From positions 83,080,001 through 83,144,000 of the forward strand of contig NC_043000.1 in assembly GCF_006345805.1 (NCBI RefSeq): DNA of 64,000 nt, written 5' to 3'. The notes under the pieces are model-generated. The model had not been told where the DNA came from and searched no databases. It saw nothing but the letters and a program-made list of their open reading frames with translations. Of the stretch, positions 24,760 through 38,357 are shown piece by piece. The stretch is from Octopus sinensis (taxonomy: Eukaryota). Position numbers and translations under genes: made by a program. Positions within the stretch are counted from its first letter, which is position 1, and every line of letters starts with the position of its first letter.

Positions 24760-27020
24760 GAATTGAGAATAACCAAGAGGATGAGTAGAGATTAGTGCAG
24801 GAAAATTCCTAACTGGAAAGTGCTTGGCCCAGATGAGGTTCAGGGCTTTTGGTTTAAAAACTTGACAGCACTGCACAGGAGAATTGTGAGACAGCTAGAC
24901 GAAATACTGAATAGTGACATTCAAGTACTGGCCTGGGTGACAAAAGGAAGAATGGTATTATGCCAGAAGGCCCCAAGTAAAGGGAATGTTGTTGGAAATT
25001 CCTGACCAATATCTTGTTTGCCACTGATGTGGAAACTGATGACAGGCATTATATCAAACAGCATCTCTAGATGAGAACAATCTACTACCAGTGGAACAAG
25101 AAGGGTGTAGACGTAAGAGCAGAGGAACAAAGGATCAATTACTAATCGATAAGACAATCCTGGCTGATTGCAAGAAGAGACACAAAAATTTGGTGATGGC
25201 ATGGGTGGACTACAGGAAAGCATATAACATGGTTCCACACCCACGGATTATTGAATGCTTTAAACTGCTTAAGGTCTCACACAATATCCTGAAGCTAATA
25301 CAAAACTCAATGACAATGTTGCAAACTGAACTCACAGCATGGGGAGATAAACTGGGAGAGGTAAATATCAAAAGAGGAATCTAATCTTCCAAGGGGACAG
25401 TCTATCACCTCTCCTATTTGTTGTCTGTATACTGTCGCTAACGAATGTTTTAAGAAAGATGCGCTTGGGGTACATGCTAGGCAGGGTGAAAGTAAACAAC
25501 ATGTGGTTTATGGATGACCTAAAGCTATCCACTAAGACTGAGAAAGAAACTGAGAGTTTGATGGCAAATGTGTAGAGGATTAGCAAAGATATTGGCATGG
25601 AATTTGGGATTGAGAAATGTGGTGTAATGATTCTCAAAAGGGGAAAAATCAGTAAAAGCCATGGGATCAAGCTGGAAGGTGGTGAAACTATGAAGGAAGG
25701 ATATAAACACCTGGGTATCATTGAAAGAGATAAGATGAATGAACACAAGATGAAAGAAATGTACAAGAAAGAGTATTTGAGAACTTGGCTTGTGCTCCAG
25801 TTGAAGCTAAATGGTCGCTATAAGATTAGAGCAATTAACACATGGGCTGTTGCTTTGATGAGATATGGGGTAGAAATAGTATCTTGGAAGAAGCATGAAT
25901 GACAAGAGATAGACAGGAGAACATGTAAATTAATAACAATGAACAAGGAACTACACTCTAAGAGTGATGTGTCGATATTGTATGTAAAGAGGAAAGAAGG
26001 AGGACGAAGAATAGTGTGTTGTGAAGGTTGTGTAAGAGAAGAGGAGAATAACCTGGATTGATATGTCAAGGAGAGTAAAGAAGGAATAATTGAAGCAATA
26101 AAAATGCAGGGAACCTTAAAAGTGAACGAAGCCATAGATCCAATACAATTTAAGAAAGACCAGAGAGAGCAGATGAAGAAAATTTGGCAGGACAAGAAAA
26201 TGCGCAGTCAGTTCTTGAAGAATAAAGATGAGATTGATTGGAATAGGACCTGGCAATGGCTGCAGAAAGGAGACTTAAAAGGGCCCATTGAGGCATTAGT
26301 GTGCAGTGCTCAAGAACAAGCTCTCAGAACAAACTACTCCAAATATCACATTGATAAAAGCACTGGCTCACCACAGTGTAGGATGTGCTCTGAGAAGGGA
26401 GAAAGTATGAACCATAATGTTAGTGAGTGCTGTAAGCTCAGACAACATGAATATAAAAGGAGACACAACAATGTGGCCAGATATGTCCACTCACTGTTGT
26501 GAGGTAAAGCAAATCCCAAGAGAGACAAACAATGGTATAAATACAAGCCAGAAGGAGTAATGGAAAATGAACATTACAAAATACTCTGGGATTTTAACAT
26601 GCAGTGTGACCTAGTCATAGAGGCGACCAGATATTGTGCTCATCCATAAAGATGAGAAAGCAGTAAAGATAGTAGGTGTTGCAGTACCAGACGATTCGAG
26701 GGTGAGAGATAAGGAAACAGAAAAGATTGAGAAATATCAGCTACTGTGGGACAAGATAGGAAAGTAATGGTGATACCGATAGTAATTAGAGCATTAGGAA
26801 AAGTTTCCAAGGGCTTTGAAAAACATATTAAGAATATTGGAGCTACTGTAAGGCTCGAAGTGATCCAGAAGACAGCACTGTTGGGTACAGCTCACATTCT
26901 AAGGACAGTATTGTCTCTTTGAGTCACAGGAGAAGGCACTAATTGAAACCTTTGGTGATTTGTTGTTGCCTGCTTTCAGGTAAAGAATAACCTGTAATTA
27001 AGAACTATCATAAGAGGCTT
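24760..27020 (+). mobile_element. R4/Dong-like LINE (family B), degenerate
   Basis: GPDEVQGFWFK...[16 protein letters not shown]...WVDYRKAY...FMDDLKL...CRMC...RRHNNVARY...ILWDF. Ends in (AAT)n at ~27025. Confidence 0.92.
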
Positions 27021-27199
27021 TCATAATAAGAATAATAATAATAAACACACAGTACAAAAACTAATACAATAGAAGACTCAAACCAAACTCCATAGCAAAA
27101 CATACTGATACAATACAATATCACCCCACCCTTGCAAAAATATGCAGCACACACTACCCCACCAGCACAAAGGTGCAACAAATGATACAATAGAAAATT

Positions 27200-30100
27200 G
27201 CCTGAAACTATCAGGTGTTGAAAAATAATAGTGGTGATGATGTTGGTGACAAACGTTACCTTACCTCAGTTTATGAGAGACAAGAGTTTCCGAATAAACT
27301 CGGTTGTAACAGTGAAAATGAAGCTAGACCTTTCAGGAAAGGCCTCTCACTCAGCAGTGGTTCAGTAAAGATGTAGACTGACTACAGCTGTTATCATAAT
27401 ACAGCATCAGCAGATAATAGAGCAAGGAGGAGGAAATGGACCAGAAAAAAAAGACAGGATAGTGATACAATGCTACTTAGAAAGTGAACCTAAAAGAAGG
27501 GGCTATAGAAAATGGATGTTAACACTTTGAGTAGAGAAGGGTATGTTTAAAGTGATACAGCAGAGATTATTAGATCACGCTAATGCTATTAAGAGAAGAA
27601 AGTGGATGACAGGATTGGAGGTAGAAGATATCACATAAGAACTGGAAAAGAAAGACCAGGAAGTAGGAAAGACAAACAACAACATAAGTGATATAGCTCA
27701 AACCAAACAAGAACCTAAGGGAAAAAATAATAATTGTACTATCAATAAGGAAGGGACAACTAGCACCAGTGACTTAAGTGATTTAAGTGAGGAAGATGAG
27801 AAGATATTGGATGAGTTGCAGGAAGTAATGAGTTAAGGAGTATGAAAAAGATTGTCAGCATTAAAAGGCACCAACAGAAGGAGGCTGACAGAAATGACTA
27901 GGAAAGTAGATTCTGTTGTCAGTAGGATAGATACTAAAAATATAGGAGACACTAACTTATTGATTTATGTAGGAGGGGCAGTAGTCACTAGAAGGTTAGA
28001 TATCTTGCAGGGAAAGATTAAAAAAGAGCAAATGTGGAAAAGAACACTACAAAATAAAGTGAAGACTTTAAGATAAGATCTGAGTAGAATAGAAGCCTGG
28101 AAACTGAACAGGTTGGGAAACACAAGATACAAATCTTCCCTTGATTAAAGATACTTAGTCAAAGAGAAAGGATTTGGGACAGTAATAGAAGAGTTGAAAC
28201 AGTGTATCATAGCAGTAGCAGTCAAGCTCTCCAGGTATCAGAAAAGAATAGATCAGTATCAACAGAAAAGATTGGTTGGCATCCATTTTGTCTCGGGAGA
28301 CAATGGAGTTGCGCATAAAGTAGCCTAGTCCGGCTTTTACATTTCATGTCCTGATACATTTCCTGCTGTGGCTGTGTAGTCCTATCCTGGACAAACACTC
28401 CCTCTGGCAGGTACCGCAAATGTAGCGAAGACTGTTCCTGGCTGGTTGTAATGCCATAGTTTCTTGTTGACGTCTTTTCTTGTCTTTCCATTTCTCCTCT
28501 CTCTGTCACTCCTTTGTATTCCCTCTCTTACGGTACTTCACCAGTCTCCACGGTTGCCGGCAACTGCCTCCCAACCGCTAATATTGATGTTGCAGGCCTT
28601 CATGTCCCTTTTGCAAACATCCTTGTAACGTAAGAGCGGTCTACCCACAGACCTAGTACCCCTAGCAAGCTCTCCGTAGAGTATGTCCTTGGGGATTCTG
28701 CCATCTTTCATACGGCTAACATGCCCAAGCCATCTCATACGTCTTCGTGTGAGGAGTGCAAACATGCTTGGTATTCCTGCTTGCCTGAGGACATCTTTGT
28801 TGGGGATATGGTTCTGCCATTTGATGCGGAGGGTTTTCCGGAGGCAGCGCAGGTGAAAGATGTTTAGGCGATGCTCTTGGCGTGTGTATAGTGTCCAAGT
28901 CTCACTTCCATACAGCAGAGTGCTAAGTACACATGCCTGGTAGATCTTCATTTTCGTGGTCTTGGTCAGCTTATTGTTGTCCCAAGCCCATTTGGAGAGT
29001 TGGGCCATCACAGCAGCTGCCTTGCCAATGCGTATATTGAGCTCAGCGTCGAGGGATAGGTTGTAGGTGACGGTAGAGCCCAGATAGGTAAACTTCTCCA
29101 CCTCTTGTAATCTGTGGTCTCCAATATGTATGTTTGGGATGTCCGATGTAGCCTGACCCATGATGTTGGTCTTCTTAAGGCTGATAGCTAAGCCAAAGTC
29201 GTTACATGCTTGCTCAAAACAGTTAATGAGCCTTTGGAGGGCTTCTTCTGTGTGTGATACCAGAGCGGCATCATCAGCAAATAGCATCTCCTTGATCAGG
29301 ACGTTTCTGATTTTGGTCTTGGCACGCAGGCGCGAGAGATTGAACAGTTTCCCGTCACTTCTACTGTGCAGATACACTCCATCATCTGATGTCTGAAAGG
29401 CATGTGAGAGTAAGAGCGAGAAGAAGATGCCAAACAATGTAGGAGCGAGGACACAACCTTGCTTTACCTCGTTTTTTATTTGGAAGGCGGCTGATGTTGA
29501 ACCGTTGTGCTGTATGGTGCCTTGCATGTCATCATGGAAAGACTTGATGATCCTCAGCAGCTTTGGTGGACATCTGATTTTTTGGAGCAGGGTAAAGAGG
29601 CCTGTTCTGCTTACCGAGTCAAAGGCCTTTGTTAGATCAATGAAGGCCATATATAATGGCATTCTCTGCTCTCTGGACTTCTCCTGAAGTTGGCGTATGG
29701 AGAATATCATATCGATAGTTGATCTGCTTCTTCTAAAGCCACACTGCGATTCTGGATAGATTCGAGAAGCAAGTAGTTGTAGCCTGGCCAGGATAACGCA
29801 GGCAAAGGTCTTAGAAGAGATATTCCATGGTAATTGTTACAATCACCACGGTCACCTTTGTTTTTGTAAAGCGTAATGATGTTAGCATCCCGCATATCCT
29901 GAGGGACTGTACCCTCTTCCCAGCACTGACACAGAAGCTCATGAAGGTGCCGAAGCAGGATGGTGTTTTTGCCGGCTTTGATGATCTCTGAGGGGATGCC
30001 GTCTTTTCCCGGAGCCTTGTTTCTTGCTAGGGAGTCAACAGCCTTGATGAGCTCTGCTATAGATGGCGGACTGTCAAGTTCACACATGACTGGCAAGATT

Positions 30101-33100
30101 TTGACACTCTTGACTGCAGCCTCAGCCACTGTAGTCTCCCGTGAGTAGAGATCCTGGTAGTGCTCCACCCATCTATCCATTTGCTTGCTTTGATCCCTGA
30201 TGAGATCTCCAGTAGTTGATTTCAGAGGGGCTGACTTGGTTGCGGATGGACCGAGGGCCTTCTTCAAACCGGCATACATCCCACGGGTGTTGCCCCTGTC
30301 AGCAGCTGACTGGATACTCTGACAAATTTCCAGCCAATACCTATTTGCACAGCGTCTGGCCGTCAGTTGGGTTTTATTTCGTGCTTTTCTGAGTTCTTCG
30401 AGTGACTTTGTAGAAGAGTCGCTCTTGTATTGCATCAGAGCTGCACGCTTTGCTTCGATAACTGGCTCCAGCTCTGAGAGCCCAGCATTGAACCAATCTG
30501 GGTTTTGCCTTTCTCTCATGCCGAAAGTATCTATTGATGTCGTATACAAAGCTTCCCTGATATAGTTCCACCTACTTTCAGCAGAGGAGGTTGGGCAGCC
30601 ACTGAGGGCAACCTTGATAGAAGCAGCAAAACATTTTTGCAGTGTAGGGTCCGAGGTTCTGGCAGTGTTAATGCATGGTCGGCCCACTTTCTTGGAGCGG
30701 TGGACTTTTTTAGGTAGAATCCTCACCCTACTTCTAATTAGTGAGTGGTCTGTGTCACACTCCACGCTGTGGTAACTGCGGGTCAATAGAGTAGAATTCA
30801 GAAAGGATCTCTGTGTAATGATGAGATCCAGTGGATGCCAGTGGTGAGATCTTGGATGTCTCCAAGATGCCTTGTGGGATGGCTTGTTGGTAAAGAATGT
30901 GTTTGTGATGCACAGGTTGTGGTATGTGCAGAATTCGAGTAGTCTCTGACCATTGTCATTCATGTTGCCAATACCAAAGTGTCCAACACAAATGGGCCAC
31001 GAATCATGGTCAGATCCCACGCGAACGTTAAAATCCCCTAGAAGGTAGATATTTTCAGTCGCTGGTATATTTTCTATGACACAGTTGAGATCTTTGTAGA
31101 ACTGGTCCTTGGTCTCCTCTGAGCTGTAGAGAGTGGGAGCATAGATGCTGAGTAGATGTACTGAGCCAGAAGAAGTCGAGAGGCGCAGTGAGAGGATACG
31201 CTCAGTGCCTCCTGATGGTGGTTCTATTGAGGAGAGTAGTGAGTTTCTCACTGCAAAGCCAACGCCATGTTGACGAGGTTTTTCTGGATCTCTTCCCTGC
31301 CAAAAGAAGGTGAAATCCTGCTCTTTGAGTTTGCCGTTTGAGGGAAGTCTTGTCTCCTGTAGCCCAGCAATGTCTATGTTGAGCCTCTTTAGTTCACGGT
31401 CAATGATGGCCGTTTTCCTTGTGTCTTCAACCCTGAGTAGATCATCAGATATTCCAGGGTACATGGTCTTGACATTTCAGCTTGCCAACCGCAGGACTGG
31501 TGTTTTCTTGACTTTTAGTTGTTTGCCTGGTGCAGAGGTTGCAGGCTGCTTTTCAAGTCATACTCTTAGCTCCAAGCACCCAATGAAGCAGGCGGCCTGT
31601 GGCGGGTCAGCACCTTATTAACTGGGGGCTGCCCAGCTTGAGGTGGGCAGTAGCTAACCAATAGGACACAGAGGTCCCTCGCACCGTCAGAGGTAACCCG
31701 TAGCACCAATATTTTACGCCAATCTGAATGGACTTATCACTCGTGACTGTTACCTCCCGTGTTGTTTCTGCAGCTTTTTACAGCAGCACTGAAGTGTCCT
31801 CTCCAGTTTTGCGCAGGCCTGGGCTAGAGATAAGAAAGTCCTGGGTAGCCCAATCGTCAGGTTTTCTCTCTCGACCTTGCTGATGTAGTCCAAAGGAGTG
31901 CAGTGCATTACGTTTGGCACCAGCTTGGTTGCAGGAGCTGCCGGAAGAGTGTCGAATCGAACACTAGACCGCCTTCAGGGCTCCACTCCGGATTTCTTTG
32001 AAGGTTGTCTCCTTTCCATAACCCTGGATAGGGGCCCATACCAGGTACTGTCAGCCGGAGCCAGCTGAGCCCAGAACTTGTGTCAGGCAGGGTCGTCACT
32101 CCCTGAAAAGATTATTTGAGACAGATTAGAAGAAATTTTATAACCAAATAGTGGAGAACGAAGCACTGAAGTTGAGAAACCCAATACAGAAGAAGCTAGA
32201 AAGTTCTGGAGTAATATTTGGGATAAGCCAGTCAATCATGATGGAGATGCAGTATGGTTAAAGAAAGTGAGGGAAGAAATAGTGAGTGAGAAACAGCCAG
32301 ATCTAAGACTAACTAGTGCATTAATGAGTAAAGTGTTAGGAAAAATACTGAATTTGAAGGGCCCAGGACCAGATTTAGTTCAAGGGTACTGGCTAAAGTA
32401 ATTAAATAGTTTACATGGGAGGCTGAGGGAACAACTTCAGGATTGCCTTAATGGAGGAATAATATCAGGTTGGATGACTAGAGGGAGGGCAATACTCACT
32501 ATGAAAGGGTAGTACAGCTAGCAACTATAGACCAATCACTTGCTTACGATTAATGTGGAAGCTTTTTAGTGAGAATGAAAAAGAGAGAGATCCTTTAATA
32601 CAGACTGTAAGACTCTTCAGCAAAGATATAGGCATGGAATTTGGCATAGATAACTGTGCAATATTAGTTATGAGAAGGCGACAGGTAGTCAACGGTGAAG
32701 GCATCCAATTACCAGATGGCCAGACATTAAAATCATTGAAAGGGAGAGAGAGTTATAAATATGGAAGCATATTAGAATCTGACAGAGTACTAACTATAGA
32801 AATGAAAACAAAAATTGACGAGTATATCAGAAGGGTGAGGAAGCTAATGAAGTTAAAGCTAAATGGTCCAAGTCTAGTGAAGGTTGTAAATACTTGGAAA
32901 GTATCATCACTTAGATACTCAGCAGCTTTTGTAGAATAGACAAAAACTGAATTAGCAATGCGAGAAAGAAGAACTAAGAAGGAATTCAATATGAATGGAG
33001 GACTCCACCAAGTGCAGGAGTAGCAACATAATACTTACCAAGAAAGGAAGGCAGAAGAAGGTTAATATCAGTAGAAGACTGCATTGAGTTAGCTAGAGTA

Positions 33101-34030
33101 GATATAGACTGCTATGTAGGTAATAGTGAAGAAAGTTTATTACAAGCTGCTAGAGTCACAGCAAGACATAGGGAAACTAAAAACCCAGACGAAGTTAAAA
33201 ACCAGAAAAAAGAACAGAAATTATCTGACAAGCAGGAGAAGGCGTTTCATGGTAGATCCACAAAGATAGTTGCAGCAAATAGCAGTAGTGAAACATGGTT
33301 ATGGTAGCAGAAAGGAAAGCTGAAGAGGGGGACAGAAAGTTTGTTAGAAGCTGCACAAGATCAAACATTAAGGACTAATTGGATAAAAGCCAAGATAGAC
33401 AAAAACCAAGTAGATTCTCAGTGTAGGTTATGCAAATCAAAAGAGCAAAGAATTACTCTTATAGAAAGTGAATGTAGCATGCTGGTACAGAAAGAATACA
33501 ATACTAGGGAGAGTAATCCACTAGGAGTTATGTAGAAAGCAAAGATTTGAACATACTAATAAATAGTATGAATATGAACCTAGTAAAGTACTAGAAAGTA
33601 AGAAATATAAGATGTGGGACTTGAACATTCAGACAGACAGAGTAATAGAAGCTAGAAGGCCTGATTTAGTAGTAGTGGATAAAGAGAATAGAAAGTGCCA
33701 GATAACTAACTTTACAGTCCCAAATGATGAAAAAAACCAACATGAGAGATATAGAAAAAAAATAGTAGAGTACAAGGATCTAGCCATTTAATTACAGAGA
33801 CTATGAAAAGTGTAGGTAAAATGTATTCCAGTAGTTATAGGTGCATTGGGAACTATCCCTGAAGAGCTGAACAGATGGATAGAGGAAATAGGCATAAAAC
33901 CCAGTTTAGTACAGCTCCAGAAAACAGTGTTATTAAGGACAGCTAGGATACTTAGGCAGCTAAGGTTACTTGTGGTAGCTTGATGTTAGGATTTCTTCTT
34001 TTCCAACAGTCTAATTTGTAGTGTGTATAT
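27200..34030 (+). mobile_element. R4/Dong-like LINE (family C), near full-length, split by an RTE insertion
   Basis: N-terminal RRKWT...CYLESEPKRRGYRK at ~27420-28273 resumes at 32105 (RLFET...KFYNQ), then RT, CCHC and RLE remnants and an (AAT)n tail at 34032. RT core is deleted at ~32560. Confidence 0.88.
28274..32104 (-). mobile_element. Full-length RTE (BovB-like) LINE with 9-bp TSD
   Basis: GAAAAGATT at 28265-28273 and 32105-32113. ~620-nt 5' UTR, AP endonuclease, RT (LFADDA) and a C-terminal C..C.R.C.SRIGL.SH...C finger. Three visible lesions: TGA at 31477-31479, a frameshift at ~29812 and TGA at 28538. Confidence 0.96.
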
Positions 34031-34053
34031 GAAAATAATAATAATGATAATAA

Positions 34054-34600
34054 ATGCCCTGGTACAGTACCAGGCAGTGGCTCTCATGGTTTTTGATCTT
34101 AACTGATTGGAAGTCTTATCATGTAAATGTTTTGTATTGGTATAAAAGATAGGCTACAGCAAATATTCTACTCAATACCACAGATTTTCTTGTCAGTTGT
34201 TTGATCTTAACCATTTGAGCATGTCCTTTTCTGGCTGATGATATGTGCATCTCTGATCATGAGCAGAAGCGGTGGGGGAGCATCATAGTGAGAAATTCTT
34301 TGGGGTTTGAATAATTCACCTCTGGAAACATGGGTGTTTTGTTCAATATCCTTAAACAAACCTTATTCAGGGACCTTTTGAGCAAGATGGGCTACTCAAG
34401 CTGAAGGAAATTCTAACTGCCCCGCCCAGCAAGATTATGTGCTGTTTATCTCGATATGAGATCACATTTCGCACACATATGGTTGTGATGCATGTGCCTC
34501 GTGTATCCTTATCAGATGGGTAGTCATGATGGGTATATTGGGCTTCATATATTTGTACCCCAGTGTTACTTTGATGGCATGCACTGCTTTCTCACTCAAT
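34054..34600 (+). mobile_element. ~550-bp non-coding interspersed element flanked by (TAA)n
   Basis: Partial copies at 9326-9610 (-) and ~39080-39230 (+). No long ORF and no obvious A/B boxes. Confidence 0.75.
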
Positions 34601-34684
34601 AAGAATAATAATAATAATCCTTTCTACTATAGGTACAAAGGCTTGAAATTTGGGGTAGGGGACCTAGTCAATTACATCAACCCA

Positions 34685-37600
34685 GTGATGTGATGACATG
34701 TTCGATAACGAACATTTTGCAAAATTTTCTGAACTTGTCTGAGGTAAATTGTGTTGCATTATCAGACACAATGGTACCCAGAATACCATGCCAGGTGAAC
34801 AATTCATGTGAAAAGCTTATTGTAACCACAGATGTTGGCTTTTTACATTTATGCACTTCCAGCCACTTAGTGCTCCACTAGCACGGATGCCAGTCATCAA
34901 ATTTTATTTTGATATCACTTGCCTCAGCAGGTCTTCGCAAGCAGTGTCCAATAAAGGGAAGGTACGCATAAGTGGGCTGGTTACACCCCTGGCATAGGCC
35001 ACAAGGTTATGGTCACATTTGGCTGACCGGGTCTTCTCAAGCACAGCATATTTCCAAAAGTCTCGGTCAATAGTCATTGCCTTGGTGAGGCCTAATGTTC
35101 GAAGGTCGTGCTTCACTATTTTATCCCAGGTCTTCATGGGTCCATCTCTTCCACAGGTTCCCTCAAATGCTAGGGTGTGGCACTTTTTCACACAGCTATC
35201 CTCATACATTATCGCCACATGACCACACCAGTGCAGTCATCTCTCTTGCACACTACATCCGATGCTTCTTAGATCCAACTTTTCTCTCAAGGTACTTACA
35301 ATCTGTTGAGTATGCACACTGACATTACACATTCATTGGATCCTACTGGCTTCATTCCTTGGGAGCTTACTCATGTCCTCAGCAGTCACAGCCCATGTTT
35401 CACTGCCATGTAGCATGGCTGCTCGCACACATGCGTCATACAGTCTACCTTTTACTCTGAGCGAGAGGCCCTTTGTCACCAGCAGAGGTAAGAGCTTTCT
35501 GAACTTTGCCCAGGCTATTGTTATTCTGGCAGCCACACTTTCAGTGCACCCTCCCCCGCTACTGACTTGGTCACCTAGGTAACGGAAGCTATCAACTACT
35601 AGCAGTGTATGTAGGAATTCCTTTTTTCGACTATAATTTTCTATATTTGACAATAATTTTCCCCTGCTGATAGCAGAGAATGTGAGGTATGAACCACCGC
35701 CTTCATGTTACCATTTTTATGTAGCATTACTGCTCCTATACTGTACTCAGAAGCATCTGAAGCTACAAAAATCTCTACTGCAGGATTGAAGTGTGCTAAC
35801 TCCAAATCAGATATTAATATTTTTTCTATTTCATCAAATGCCTTTTGACAGTTTTCTGACCAATTCCATTTCATAGTTTTTTCAGCAGATTGTACAGTGG
35901 AACCCTCACCTTATGCATATTTGGGATATAATTTTGATAATTTGCCAATCCTAAAAATGCTTGTAAGGTCACTATATTAGTCACAGGGGGCATATTTTTT
36001 ATTGCATCTGCCCTCGATGGGTTTGGTTGACATCCATTTCTGTCAATGATTTGTCTTAAATATCTTATTTTCAGTAAGAAAAATTCAAACTTCTCTTTAT
36101 TCAAAGTAAAGCCCGTAATCCCTAATTTTTTTGGAGTACATATTTTAGATGCTCTACTAGTTGATCCCTGGATTTGCTTTTTAATGAAAATATCATCCAG
36201 ATATGGAACTGAAAATTCACGGTCTGCTAACATTATATCCATATGTAACCAGTTGTATTTATACAATCCTTTATGTGCGTTAATTGTTAGGTATTTAGAG
36301 CATTCATCATCTACTCTAATTTGTAGGTACGCATCAGAGAGATTCAATTTAGAAAATATCTAGCCACAGTCTAATTTCGCAAAAATATCCTCTGGAATAG
36401 GTAGCAGATAGTGGCACATTTTAAGACATTCCTTTAAACCAGTGGAAAATTCAGCACACACTCTGATTCTATTATTCTTTTTCTTAATGTACACAGTTGG
36501 TGCTGCCCATTTAGAATATTCCACTCTTTGGATAAGTCTAATTTTTTCTAGTCTCTCTAAGTTTATGTGTTCTAGTGCTGCAAATGGTACAGTTCATTTT
36601 TGTTTAAATGGCATTTTCTTGCATTTGAAACCATACCTTCATTTTGGTACACAGAACTTCAGGGTAAATATAAAAAAAAATTTTCTTTTCAATTTGTCTG
36701 ACGACTTATTTGTACTGGAAGGAAAACCGTTTACATTTTTACAAAAAAGATTTATGGGGAGATTCCATAAATTAAACAATTCCATCCAGTCGGTACCAAG
36801 CAAGTTTGTTGAATTATTGAACACAAAATCTTTAGCCTTTAAGGTTTTTTCACAAAATGTAATGTTACTTATCAATTTGCTCTTAAAATATAGTTTTTTT
36901 TTTTTCTGAAACACCATGGGCAATTTTTGAAGTTCCATTTAATTTACGTCTCCCAACTTTATTTCATGTATCTGTGTTAGTTATTGAGATGTCACAGCCT
37001 GTATCCAATTGTAACTTTATGTTTGTGTTATTAATTTTTACATACACAAATTTTCTTTGAGGCTCATTTGTATTTTTTGTCACCAATAATCTCTTCGTGT
37101 ATTTTTTTCTGTTGAACTGTTTTTTAGGTTCTGTCTTGCAATGTAACTTTTTATGGCCTATTTTACTATATGGGGTCATCTCATTCAATTTGAATATCTC
37201 ACTCTCCGTTAACCACTCTGGCATAGGTGATGAAATCTTCATAATCTTTTTTGACTAAATTTAAACATTGCCAATGAGTATTGAACAGGGAACTTCTTTC
37301 ACTGAAAATTTTCAATGAAATATTAATTGTTTCATCAAAATAAATCTCACCTGGCTTCTTTGGCAGAATATAATTACTATATTTTTCATGTTCAGCAGGG
37401 GATAACTTACCTAAAAGTAATCATACTATTTTCTCATTGGACCAACTTTTACACTCTTCTCTGAAGATTTTTTTCATATCTAAGAAAATATGCAGAGAAG
37501 GTAGTACATTCCACTGGTTTTTAGCTGAATTGTTCATATGAGTTGCTACACTGTCTGGTGAATATGAATCTGAAGTATTTTCAGACTTCTTCAACATAAA

Positions 37601-37870
37601 TTCCAGCAACTGTTGGTTTTGCTGTTGTTACTGTTGTTGCTGTTGTAGTTGCTGCTGCTGCTGCAATTGCTGTTGCTGCAGCTGTAACTACTGTTGCTGC
37701 TGCTATTGCTGCTGCTGTTGCTGCTGCTGTAGTTGCTGTTGCAACTGCACCACAGAGGCCAATAAGTTCTCCATGTTAAATGATTTTTCCTTTGGTTTCA
37801 TACCAAACAAAAAAAAAATCTTTTAAACGCCCAATGCAAGCTTTGAACAACTTGTCACCACTTTTATATC
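34685..37870 (-). mobile_element. Decayed Ty3/Gypsy element (K02A2.6-like), interrupted by an RTE fragment
   Basis: Gag from ATG 37774 (polyQ, then LLLGKLSPAEHEK..YILPKKP), protease LQLDTGCDIS (~37000), RT (WAAPTV...LSDAYLQI...YLDDI), RNase H (SDASEYSIGAV), integrase (IVSDNATQFTS, 34685-34900). PBS-like AGTGGTGAC near 37860. No LTR pair recognised. Confidence 0.9.
34900..35620 (-). mobile_element. RTE resident-family 3' fragment nested in the Gypsy element
   Basis: VVDSFRYLGDQVSSGGGC...LHGSETWAV, near-identical in motif to 5170-5760. Confidence 0.92.
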
Positions 37871-38314
37871 CTTGTATTAGATATATGATATAACGAAGCA
37901 GGTGGGGGGAAGAAAGTATATACACAATCCACTACTATTGCTATTACACAAAGCTCATAGTGAACTGCTACCAACATGAACTGCCAATTGCTGACAGTTC
38001 TTTAATTTATAACAATGAGTCAGTCCACTTTTAGTCACTTGGGGCGGAGGGGGGGGGGTCGTTAGAATCCTTCTACAACAAATGATAATAATAATGATGA
38101 TAATAATAATAATGATTTGTTCTTTGTTTGATTTATGGGGTGAGCGCAAACACAGGCCCCACACTTAGAAATAGTGCACTGAGTTGCCCATATTTGGGGC
38201 AATTGTAACCAGAGTGCAATGGAAGGGCTTCACTTTGAGGGAACCGGAGTGCATTGGAAGGGCCTCACTTTGGGGGAACCACCTTGATGATCATGGTTTT
38301 TACCCCTGTGCCAA

Positions 38315-38357
<43 letters not shown>

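Noticed and set aside
22588-24760. TSD around the Gypsy-like element
   Set aside because: The flanks CAGGA and GGAGG share only GGA, which is not a credible 4-6 bp TSD.
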